This document shows positions 38,201-49,085 of a stretch of 64,000 nt of DNA, one piece after another; positions within the stretch are counted from its first letter, which is position 1, and each line of letters starts with the position of its first letter. The notes beneath the pieces were generated by a model. It had not been told where the DNA came from, ran no database searches, and saw nothing but the letters and a program-made list of their open reading frames with translations. The DNA comes from Chiloscyllium plagiosum (taxonomy: Eukaryota): the NCBI RefSeq assembly GCF_004010195.1, contig NC_057719.1:17718165-17782164 (forward strand), read 5' to 3'. The translations under genes were made by a program, and so were the position numbers.

Positions 38201-40964
38201 CTTATTTCATTTTTAAAGACTAGTAACCATCAGATAATTCCATCCACTTTGTGAAAGCAATGGGATTAGCTACTAGGATTATCTGATTTTTCTGTCTCGA
38301 ACATGAACACGATATTGTTTTTAATAAAAGAAAGCTAAGCATTTTTGCGCAAATTTCAGTTAGTGGAAAACTTAAATTTTCATTAAAAAATGCTAGTTTC
38401 TCATCTATGTTGTAATTTTCTTTTTGTTTAAAAAAAGGACATCATGTGAGTCTAAGGCAAACGCTCACAAACAAAACACTGGGACTCGTGAGTGCCCCAA
38501 CTGCCAAAGGCATCAAAAAAAGGAAAGCAGAGAAGACCTTTCTGTTTTCATTGTAACTTTGGGATTTATGGATAAGCCCCTTCACCATGAACATCAGATC
38601 TGCCTGGTGTCCCACCCCTTCTTTTAAATTTAATAAAATTTAACTAAACAAACTTAACTAAGCAGCTTCTTAGGGATTGTCGGGGGAGACATTGTGAGTG
38701 AAACAGTGACTGTGGGAGAAAGAGTGAGAATGTAACAGCAAGCGGAGAAGGTAAGGATATGCATCTGCATGTCTGAGCGAGTGAAAGACAGAAAGAGAGG
38801 GAGAAGAGACATGGTCATATGAGCACAACATAGTGGTGCGGATGGGTGGAGGGAAAACACACAAAGGGTAGAGTGGGTGTTTGAGAGAGAGGGAGCAAGC
38901 AAGGCAAAAGGCAAAATCTGAATATCTGAACAGTGCGTTTATGCACATATCTCTGAATGAGGGAGAAGGTGATGAACGCAGTGATATGTATATGTTTGTG
39001 CGTGTGAGAGGCTGAAGGAAGATGTAGATAATGAGAAAGAGTCAAAGACAGCACAAGCTGAAGTCACCCGATTCATGGATTTTGTGTTTTCAGGCCCCGA
39101 GAAGCATCAAAGAAGTTTGTGAATCACACTGAAGGAAAAACAACACAAATACCTCACTCCCGATTGCTTGGAAATGTCTAGCCACAAACAGACTTACTCA
39201 TTCAAATCTCAACCATTCCCCAATCACCTGAATAAACCACCTTTCATTCCCCTTCATACAACGTGCTGTAATCTTTGAAAGAAACAAAATTCCACAACAT
39301 TCCTATTTACGCTAAACCTTTTAAAATCTTCCAACAAAGGAGGTTTTACCGTCCTGAAACAATGTCCGCACTGATAATAATACTCATTATGCTTAATGAA
39401 GCTTTTAAAAGATTATCAAAAGTCTTTTGTTTTAAATGGAAATGGTACCCTCTTATGGGAGATTCTGAATGAAGAGTAGAAAAGTCCACACTGCCCCCCT
39501 TGGAAGTGGCATATCTTCTGCGGTTCACTTTTACAGGCAAGCTAACTGATAAGCCAACACAGAATTCTGACACCAGTTTATGTTCTTGTGTACGTATAAG
39601 CAACTCGACACAAGAAAAGCAAAGCAGGCTTGATCACAAGGGCCTGTTAACCTCAAGCTGGTCACCAACTCATCCACTCCCAAATTCTACTTCCGTTGCT
39701 GGCAATGGGGCAGCTCACAGACTTTGTACAGCGCATAACTAAGATGGAGTTAACACAGTTTAACCATCACCTTTCCTTGGTCAGTCCAAACATCAAACCA
39801 GGGCTGGTCTGTTTTACTCCATTAACCACATCACCCATCCCCTCCACCGAGACCCCCCAATAAACACCCGCTATTCATCAAATCCATCTTCACAGCTTGT
39901 CACAAGTAGCGTTTGATCTTATGGTCTAAATGCAGATTTCCAGTCTAGCAACATAATCATCACTCCATAGCACAAAAGAGCTGAACAGAGAGACTTGGAG
40001 ATTTCAAACCTGATTTGAAAAAAAAACACAGAAAGACAACGATTCAGCGTCAGGCCTAAGTTCCATTTCTGTATAACCACCTTTGTGCTAGGTACAGTTA
40101 AGTTCTCACTCCAGGTTGGACAAAGCTTTCTCTAGGTAAAGGGTCAGGGGAAGAGGCAAGAGTTGAAATCCTGGTTTATATTTTTAGCCAACAGTGTCAA
40201 CCCTTCCCTTTCCATTCTGAGTGCAACTCATGGATCCTTCTTCCCTTCTATACAATTGGACCCCAAACGGCAGTGAGCAAGAAGGAGCATTGGCAATACA
40301 TACATACACACACATACATACATATCAAACACCACACATATCTAACACCCTATTCACCATTAAAAGCACTAAGTGTCACACGTCACCACTGACTGACTTA
40401 GAAAACCCATTTCCTTAAATGCACTCGACATGGTGAACAGTTAAGGTGACCTGTTCTGCAGGAGTTACATGCAAAAATGTGTACACACCCCAGGAGCCCT
40501 CTCTGTAAAGACAGCAATGAAAGTATATTTAAAAACAGTAACCTCTGAAAATGCTTAAATTAAAAGTAAACTGAGGGCCAACTGTACCTCCTCGTAACTA
40601 TTTATAGAGTTAGAGAGAGAGAGAGAGAGAGAGTGCCTGTGTGTGTGTGTGTCCGTGTCTGTGTGTTATAACTCTCGCGATGCATGCTATATACAGTATA
40701 GGTAATAGCATAGGAAAGCAACTTGCACAGTAAGACAGGCAGGGTTTCCTTTTCCCCTGCATGTTATTAAAACCTGTCTAGCAATCTGGAAAAGAGGAAC
40801 ATCTGGTTAGCCAATGAAAGTTTAAGGCAAAATGCTAAATGTACCTGGAGAGATGCAGTGAGAGAGAGGGGATCTATGATTGTGACCATACCCACTTATT
40901 AATCCATAATGAGTAACAAAAACAAAGCAATTATCTGTACACAGAGAGGTACCAGACGCATTAC

Positions 40965-41318
40965 CTCCTGCAAGATTCTCCTGCTTCGGGCAAATTCCTT
41001 TCGTAGGCGTTAGCAGCCGGTCGTCCTCCTCAGGCGTGACTTGGATGCCAATCTCGACGGGCTCAGACACTCTCCTGGGCTCCGGGTGTGGGGGAGAGGG
41101 GCTAGATTTATCCACTGGTTTCTCGAAGCAGATGCCTGCGCCGCTGCACCGCTTCCTCTTGTGCTCGATGAAGACGAGGATATCGGCCAGCGGGAAGTGC
41201 GCCTGGCACTGCCCGCAGGTCAGCAGGTCGTGGTCTCCACTGCCAACGCCGCTGCCTGGCCCCGCCATGACCGTGTCCTCTTCGTCCGTGCTCGCCGTCT
41301 CCACATGGTCAGCCTCTG
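40965..41318 (-). CDS. BCL11B: BCL11B exon 2 (354 nt, phase 1-1; CCHC ZnF0)
   Basis: Acceptor gtgaag|CAG|AGGCTGAC (NAGNAG; alternative exon start 41315); donor GCAGGAG|gtaatg at 40965/40964. Peptide EADHVETAS...[30 protein letters not shown]...[35 protein letters not shown]. Confidence 0.95.
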
Positions 41319-43860
41319 CTTCACGCAGGAACACACGCGCACACACACACACACACACACACACAGGGAAAAGAGAAAAAGAGAGAGACAAAAAAAAAGG
41401 AGAGCCTGCTTTTAGCTAGGAATTCATTGTAGTATAACACCATCCCCACATTTATAAGTTTGCATACAAAATTAAAGATCGCATGGATACAATTTCCAGA
41501 CTTTTATTGGACAAAATCCCCCTCCCCCCAACCCCTCCCATGCAAACAGAACATTTTTTTTATTTGTAGTCGTGAAAATGAAGCCGTGACAGTTTGGAAA
41601 TAGCCCAAAATCGGGGCTAGAGAAGCATTTTCTTTCATTTGTTAAAAATGGAAAATTGCACCTTACACACAGCAGTCAGTAGAACAAGTCACAGGATATC
41701 ATACAGAAGATATTATACTCTCCCTGAAAGAAACTAAATAAATGATCTTTTCTAACACAAAGACCCTGGACTATCATAAATCTAGATAAATTCTACAGTG
41801 ATACCCTGCCCAATTCCGATTAATTTCACATTTATTGATATCTTGGCTTGGGGGTTTATTCTCATTGTATTGAATATGAGAGTCAATCACTACACCCAAG
41901 ATTGACTATTCTTTTCACAGGTGAGAGGGCACATTGGCCGAGTCTCTTCCTAATGCCTCCCCACCTAAGACCTGCATTACAAGTCTGTGAGAATTACTGA
42001 CAACCAACACAGAGTTATACTGTACCGAGCAAGAAAGGTGGTGGAGTAATCAGTCAGAATAATTTTCCTTCCCTTGTTCCTTCCCAATCAAAACAAAAAA
42101 AAAACTTAACGCAGAGAAGTGCATTTTTAATATGAAAACGTCACAACTCGTGGTTTGTAGGGCCCTTTTGTGGAGCTGATGTTAACGGCTGTCACTGAGC
42201 TATTTTTAAAACATCCACCAATTTTATTTTTTGTGTCCATGTAAATAAATCGGACAAGTCACTTCATCAAGTCGCACAGCTGAGGAGGAACATCACATCG
42301 AAAATTTTGTAGACAGTTTTCTACATTTATGGGTGCACTGAGCAAGCAGGAATAACAAAGAGGGAGAAGGGGAAAGAGGGAGAAAGAGATTGGGAAGACA
42401 AAGCATGAATAGGAATGTTCTGATTCATCTGCCTCCTCTCAGCTCCCCGGCTATTGTACCGACAAGCACGTAACATTTTACTGCTCTCCACAGACAGTCG
42501 CTCAAAGTTTAACAACTTGCTCTGTCACAGGATTACAAGAAGCCTCATTATTTCAGTGATACAATTTTTTTTGCGTTATTTGAAAACCCTTAACAGGTTC
42601 TCGAGGAATATTAATCAGCAGCAAAACTGATCCCAACAAACTAGAGTGTACAGATAGATGTGTACGGACAGAACAATCTTATTTATTTTCTAAAAACCAA
42701 ACCCAACAAAATTATAAGTCAAAATGAGCAGCAAATGATTTTTGTACACAACAGCAGGCAATGCAATTGTGACCCAACAACTCTCCAAGCAACCAAAAAA
42801 AATCTGCATTTGATATACAAAATAAAATCTGAAATATTTAATATATGAAGACTCAGAAAAGGCAAATAGACTTGCAGTGATTGCTCTATCATTAATCAAT
42901 TCCCACATCTGCTGTCACTTTAGCAAGAAAATGATGATATTCATCTAACCTACTCATTGACGTGTGTACAACTGCTGAAGTGTATCCCCTCTGCTTTAAT
43001 TTATTTCTAAATAACTTGCTTAAGGCACTTTTTGTTTTATTCCTGGGTTTTATGAGCACAAAAACAATGAAGGAAGGGTAGAAGCTCGAAAGCATTCCCT
43101 TAAAGTCGAATGTTCTCTTTCTCTCTCTCTCTCTCTCTCCTCGCTAGCCTGGGCTAGCTAGTAGGAACTCCACAATAAAACAAACATAATCTCATTTTGT
43201 CTAAAATGCCTGCTTCACAACATCGAACTGATAGTTAAAATCTGATTTATTTAATGCATACAAACACAGCTCTCTCTCACTCAATTACCCACCTTTAATT
43301 AAAATCAAAACTCATCACTGCAGCATCCTAAATATTTTTAGAAGGTATGCCCCAAATATTTTTTCTCCCCAGCCACACAAACGCACATTTCTTTGAAAAA
43401 AAAGGAATACACACTTTAATTTCCATTACGGGGTGCTGTTCAGTGTTTGAATTAATTCAAATACGACCAATATCAAATTGCTTTTGGATGTTTTGCTTTA
43501 TTAGTTTAATTACAATCTCCCTCCCACCCGTATATGAAATGGTTTAAGTTCCTCTGAAGATCAACACGGCATTTTGGTTTCACCAAACTGATTCTGATTG
43601 TGTTGTACTAGAAGTTGATGCAAAGAAAGAGCGAGATTTTGGAAATGGAGCAAAGATATGACATATTCTTCCTGAACAAACAAAAAAAGAGATTATATCG
43701 CACTGAAAGAATTGCAACGGTGGAATGCTGCAGAAAATGCTTTATATTTAGCAGGGTTGTGTGTATTATGTATGCCTGACAATGATACAGGTAAATGGGA
43801 CTGCTACTGGTCACTAGAACAGGTTTCCTGGCTCTTAAGGCATTGATGAGTTGACTTGGA

Positions 43861-43874
43861 GCGCCCCCTTGCGG
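43861..43874 (-). promoter_or_regulatory. CTCF-like motif
   Basis: Reverse complement CCGCAAGGGGGCGC, close to the CTCF core CC(A/G)(C/G)(C/T)AG(A/G)(G/T)GGC(A/G)C. Confidence 0.55.
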
Positions 43875-46800
43875 CGACAGCGCGTTACCGCCGCTCAGCA
43901 GCGCGGGACCCACGCGCTTTAAGTTGGAACCCTGGACAAAGTTTATTACAATTATAACTATCTCAATAGGACTCAATATCGTCAATGCGTTTGCGAAGGT
44001 TTTTCTCTTTTTTTCTAATAACAAAAATAAATGTTCCTTTTGCACAGTGTGCTTCCGATGCACAACACCCTCCGACTTTCAGCGCAAAGCAACCTCGATC
44101 GGCTGGCAATGGGAATTTCAAGCACACACTCTCTGCCCCGACCCCACCCCCCCTCCTCTCCTTTCATCAACCCTTTATTCAAACACAAAGGCAGCCAAAA
44201 GGAGTCTAACTCAGACCCAGCACAAGCCCAAGTTCAATGTCTAACCCTCCTCCGTCTCTGCAGCTCGCTCAATAACCTGCCCGCAGCCAGACTTTGCAGC
44301 ACTGCACTAGAACACTGCAGAAATTTCGATAGCAAAGTCGAAACACATGCAAAGCAAAATACACGAATTGCATATGAAATTCTTTCACCTCTCTCTGCAC
44401 AGCCTCCTCCCAACACCCCCTCTCCTCCCCCCCCCCAAACACACACACACACCATCACACAGAAATGCATCGACTACCCCCACCCCCACCCCAGCCACTG
44501 TTAAGGAAGACGATTTATACAATGGGGAAAACTGGTGGATAGCAAGTTGTTCGGATCGAGTGAGAAAGTGGCATTAAAAAGCGACCAGTGCTGTTTCCAC
44601 CATACGGTGCAAAAAGAAGCTGGGGGAGGGGGTGGGGGGATTCGGAATTGCATCGGAGCGTGTGGTATTCATTCTCTGTGACTGTATGAAAGGTATAGAG
44701 CAGAGCGCGAGTTTCCTCATCCTATTCCCGAACCGGGATGGACAGACGAGAGAAGAGCACGATTTTTTTTTGGGGGGGGGGGGGGGAAGCTGGGGGTGAG
44801 AAGCGTGATTACAGAATGAAAGCAAATAAGCTACTCGGAAATGTGCATTAAAATAAATGCAACCTAAAGAGAATCTGTGTGGCAAGAGGCATTCCGATTT
44901 CCCGTCAGTTAATTTAATTTTAAAAATGCATGCAATGGGTCAGGGGCAGAATCGTTTTCAGAATGAAACTAAATCGTTACACTTTTGTTTTAACCTCTTC
45001 CACACACACCCCTCCCCCCCCCCCCCCCTCCCCGCCCCCCAACACTATTACGGCTGTCAAAGAATAAAGAACGGCAAAATGTCTCATATGCATTTACCTT
45101 TTCAGTGAGTTGCAGGATCTCTCAAACCAAAAAGTGCGCTTTAAACCCCATAAAGACGGCAACGTGCATCCAATCTGACATGCAGACACGTTTTAAATGA
45201 TAAAACAAAAGGGTCGGATTTATTCCCCACACATATATACCTAATACACCCCAGCATTTTGTTATTTCTGCTCAAAGTGTTCCCTTTTTACGCCCAATAT
45301 CCCAATGCAACCGACCTCCCTCCAAGAACCCCAGCCGTACTAAACATGCATTTACCTTTTTTTTCGCGAGAAAAATGGAACCGATCTCCATCGAAAAAGA
45401 AAATGATATTCCGACCTTTGCACGGACACGCGACGCAACAACCGGAGAAAAAATAACATTATTTCTTCACACACGAAAAAAAACACACACCTTATTGCAA
45501 AGATCCCATTGCAAATATATTAATTTGCAAGACTGTGTGTGTGTGTGAGAGAGAGAGGGAGAAGGGGTGGAAAGCAAAATAATATCCCCGAGAATTTCAG
45601 ACAAAACAAAAATGCTGCCCAACTCAGCATATATAAATATATATAAAATTACATTTTTTTTAAAAAAAGGAGCAGCGACTGACACCTGATTTGCAAAAAT
45701 AAAAGAGAAAGGGGGTTTTATTTTCCTAACATCGCAAGCAGCGGAGTGCATTTAGTGCTTTTTTTTATTTCGGGGAAGGTCGGGAGGAGGAGGGGAAGAG
45801 AGAGCGGTTGGGGGGGCAAGGAAAGAATATATTTATTTAAATTTTTAGCAGAAATAAGGGACATAAATATTCCGACTTTCTCCTTATTTGGCCACGTTTG
45901 GAACGTTGTGATCCGCCGCCTCGCGCTGGGCAGCTCCGCTCCACGCGCCACTCGCAACTTTTCAAACACTCTCCCGATCTTACACACACACACAAAATTT
46001 ACCCCAAACACCCAAAAACATGCAAGAACAGACACCCGTGCAATCATCAATGCAGAGAAAGCACTCCAACGCACTATTGCACAAACTTTTTTTTAAACCT
46101 CCTTTTCTTTTCGCCCCTCTTTCTTTCCCCAGCTCCTCTCCTTTCCTTTCACACCCCCCCCCCCGCTTTCTCTCCCCCCCCAAGAGGCACACTCTCGGTA
46201 GAACTAAGTAAGTGGTTGCAAAGGGGGAGGAAAGGAGGAGGAGGTGGTAGTGGAGAAGAGGGGGGGGGGGTTGTCCGGCAACTCAAACAAAAATTAAATT
46301 ACGCGCAAAAAAATGTTTGCAAAAAAAAGGAAAAGCCGGAGAGAGAGATCTGCAAACCGAAGAGCGTAAAAAAATCTCTCATTTTGCAACTTTCCCCCAA
46401 TATTAAAACAAAAACGTTTGCAAAAAAAAAAATAAATCCAAGCGATGCCCCTCGTTGCGAAAGAAAAACTGCAATGCAAAACTGTACACGCACGGGAAGG
46501 AGGGCTTTTCAAAATTTATTTTCCTCCTTTTTTTCTGGAGGTTGTGGTGGGGAGGGGGGGTGTGTGGGATAATATTAATCAAACTTATAGCGAGCTACGA
46601 ATTTCCACAGACCGATCTTCAACCCAACAAGAAATAAAGAGAGCACGGGGATCTGGGGAGGGGTGGGAGAAACAACTCCGCCAGAATTTTTTAAAAGTCT
46701 CAGTGTTTTGTTGTCATCCTCCTGTGCAATCCACCTCAAACATTAGTTTAAAAAAGAAAACAAGAGTGGAAGGGGAGGGGAGAAAATAGAGAAAAACAGA

Positions 46801-46987
46801 CAGCACAAACGCAAGCAAAAACAGCCTGAGACATTAAAACAATTTATAGTGGGTTCGGAAATTTATATTTTTTGAAAAAAAATACAAATTCTGAGGGGGA
46901 TAAAAAGAAGAGGGCTGTTTTATTTATTATAACCATCATTATTATAATAATTGTTATCATTCTGTCTCTCTCTGAATGGTTACTTAC

Positions 46988-47042
46988 GCGAAAATTCCCT
47001 TTTACTTAAATGCTGAGGGTTGCCTTGCTTGCGGCGAGACAT
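46988..47042 (-). CDS. BCL11B: BCL11B exon 1 coding part (55 nt; MSRRKQ NuRD/RBBP4-binding motif)
   Basis: Reverse complement ATGTCTCGCCGCAAGCAAGGCAACCCTCAGCATTTAAGTAAAAGGGAATTTTCGC|gtaagta = MSRRKQGNPQHLSKREFS plus 1 nt; the phase 1 end joins exon 2 in frame. Absent from the ORF track because it is too short. Confidence 0.95.
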
Positions 47043-47260
47043 AGTCGGTCACATCTGGAGCGGAAAGCCGGAGACTCCAGAGAAAAATATCTTCATCAGA
47101 GCCCCTGACAGAAAATAAATTGGAAATAATGCAAAGATGGCGGATGGAGATGGATTGTGGGACGGCCGTCAGTGAGAGGGAGGGAGGGAGGGAGGGAGGG
47201 AGAGAGAGAGAGAGGGGGGGCATAAAGAGCGGGAGAGAGAGAGGGAGAGAGAGAGCGAGC
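47043..47260 (-). promoter_or_regulatory. BCL11B: BCL11B 5'UTR with CT-rich tract and uORF (47096-47049)
   Basis: Immediately upstream of the ATG; CT/CCCT microsatellite at 47175-47257; uORF ATG AAG ATA...CAG ATG TGA. The transcription start cannot be determined from sequence. Confidence 0.7.
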
Positions 47261-47949
47261 ACGGAGGGTGGGAACGTGTTATACAGTGAGTCTTAGGGAG
47301 CAGAGCGAACATGGTGAGCCTTATCCTGACAGAACGGGGAAGGTTATTGATGCTTGTCCTGTATTGCTGGGCATTTCTTCAGAGGGCAGATACTGCACTG
47401 AGCTGGGTGAGGAGCTCAGACCATGCACGGTGGGTCTGGTGGTGTGGCCCCCTCTGGGAAGAGAATGGTCCCCCTCTGTACCAGCCAATCCCCCAGGACC
47501 TCCGTGCCCCTGTCGACAAACCGTGGTGTAATTACCCTTTATCTGCCATGCTCGGTGTAAACTGTGCAGGGCAGCTCCAAACTGAGAAAGCTCAACCGTG
47601 TGCCCCTTGGCCTTTTAAAGATGGCACCAGTGTCAGGGACCAAGGAATATCCAGGGGTATCCGGGCGATAGTGAGTACCTCCAGCCATGATGGGTGGAAG
47701 AATCGAGCTGGTATTGAATGCGTGGGACACCATGGGGTAGTTTGGGTCGTTAATCAGGTGAGTTTGATACGTTAGCACCAGGAAACAAGCTCAGCCTCGT
47801 GCAGACAACCCCTATGTCACACGCAATGAAAATGTCACTGAGACAGTTTTTTGTTTGATTCAGCCCAGTGAGTCATAGATTCTGTTGAAACCACTCCCAT
47901 TTACAAAGCTGTGGAACAAATGCTCAAATATCCCATTTTCCCATCTTTC

Positions 47950-48650
47950 TCTCATACGTACCTCCCTTCACATACACACGCGTCCTGACAGACCTCTCCT
48001 CACATATCAAAGACCTCTTCACATAAATACCTCTTCTTATACACTCTTCCTCACACACCTCCTGTCCTCAAATACACACCTCTTACACACCTCACACACA
48101 TCTCCTCACACCTCCTTCATATGCACACACGTCTCCTCACACCTCCCTTCCTCACACAAACCCGCCTCGCATACGCACACCTCTCCTCACATACACTCCT
48201 CATACACACTATTCCTCACATACACACACCTCTCCTCACACATACCTCTTCCCACACACACCTCTTACCATAAGCGCACACCTCTTACCATAAGCGCACA
48301 CCTCTTCTCACACACACTTCCGGACATACCTCCTTTCCTCACGTCTACAGACCTCTTCCTGGCACATACCTCTCCTCAAATACACAGACCTCAATACACA
48401 CATATGGCACATGTCTCCTCACATACTTACACCTTTCTACACACCTCTCCTCTCACACACCTCCACACACACCTGATACCTCTCCTCACAAACATATGCC
48501 TCTTCACACAGACCTCTCACAAACCGCCTCATACATACACCTCTGCTCACACAGACACACTCGCATCTCACACAGACATCTCACATACTGTACGAACCCG
48601 TCTGCCTGTCCTCACACACGCACCTTATCCCACACACACCCCACTTTTCT
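47950..48650. repeat. CA/CT-rich low-complexity minisatellite (ACACACCTCTCCTC-like)
   Basis: Degenerate reiteration of cacacacctctcctca. Confidence 0.85.
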
Positions 48651-48689
48651 TCAATTTACCCCACATCGTGCAGTAAATGCACTGCACAC

Positions 48690-49085
48690 TTTAAAAACAA
48701 CATTTTTTTTGCTCTCTGCAAGTTGCACGTGTAAATAGAAACATCAATCCCTAAAAGCAATCTTTGTGTTGTTTTTGCAAGTTGCACGAAGATTATTTTA
48801 TCCCTAAAAAAGTTTTCACTGCACTCTGCAAGTTGCCTGCATGGTATAAATAAACACAATATCTAAAAAAGTAATTGTCTTCTGCAAATTGCACTTTTAA
48901 GAATCCCCAACAAAAGTTTTCATTGTATTTATCAATTTGCTTTCCTTTTCATTAAAAATAATCTCTAGAAAAAAACTTCGATCGTTGTCTTTTGCAAGTT
49001 GCATGTATATTTCATTTTTCATAGCAGAGGCTTTAGTCCATAGGAAAAACTTCCCATTCATTTTTTTTCAGCAATTTGCCTATTT
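48690..49085. repeat. Degenerate ~55-bp tandem array with palindromic core TGCAAGTTGCA
   Basis: Cores at 48717, 48776, 48827, 48883 and 48993; degenerate cores at about 48931 and 49070. Confidence 0.75.

Larger units (their letters stand above)
43800..47300. promoter_or_regulatory. CpG-rich, TE-free promoter/intron-1 regulatory region
   Basis: Visibly high CpG density (e.g. 43861-43920, 45910-45955) with no interspersed repeats around exon 1. Confidence 0.6.

Noticed and set aside
10835..47042. Calling the gene BCL11A
   Set aside because: C-terminus, ZnF-flanking residues and exon 2 [25 protein letters not shown] are BCL11B-diagnostic despite the A-like exon 1.
47092..47099. CTGATGA in the 5'UTR as a hammerhead or snoRNA box
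   Set aside because: No downstream stem II plus GAAA on that strand; explained as uORF start context.
47835..47875. RSS-like nonamer (acaaaaaac) near cactggg
   Set aside because: Spacer is not 12 or 23 nt, heptamer is poor, no V/J segment.
47885..48676. 263-aa His/Thr/Ser-rich ORF
   Set aside because: Product of G-poor low-complexity repeat lacking stop codons.
48690..49085. CRISPR-like array
   Set aside because: Vertebrate context, 11-bp core only, spacers related to one another, no cas genes.
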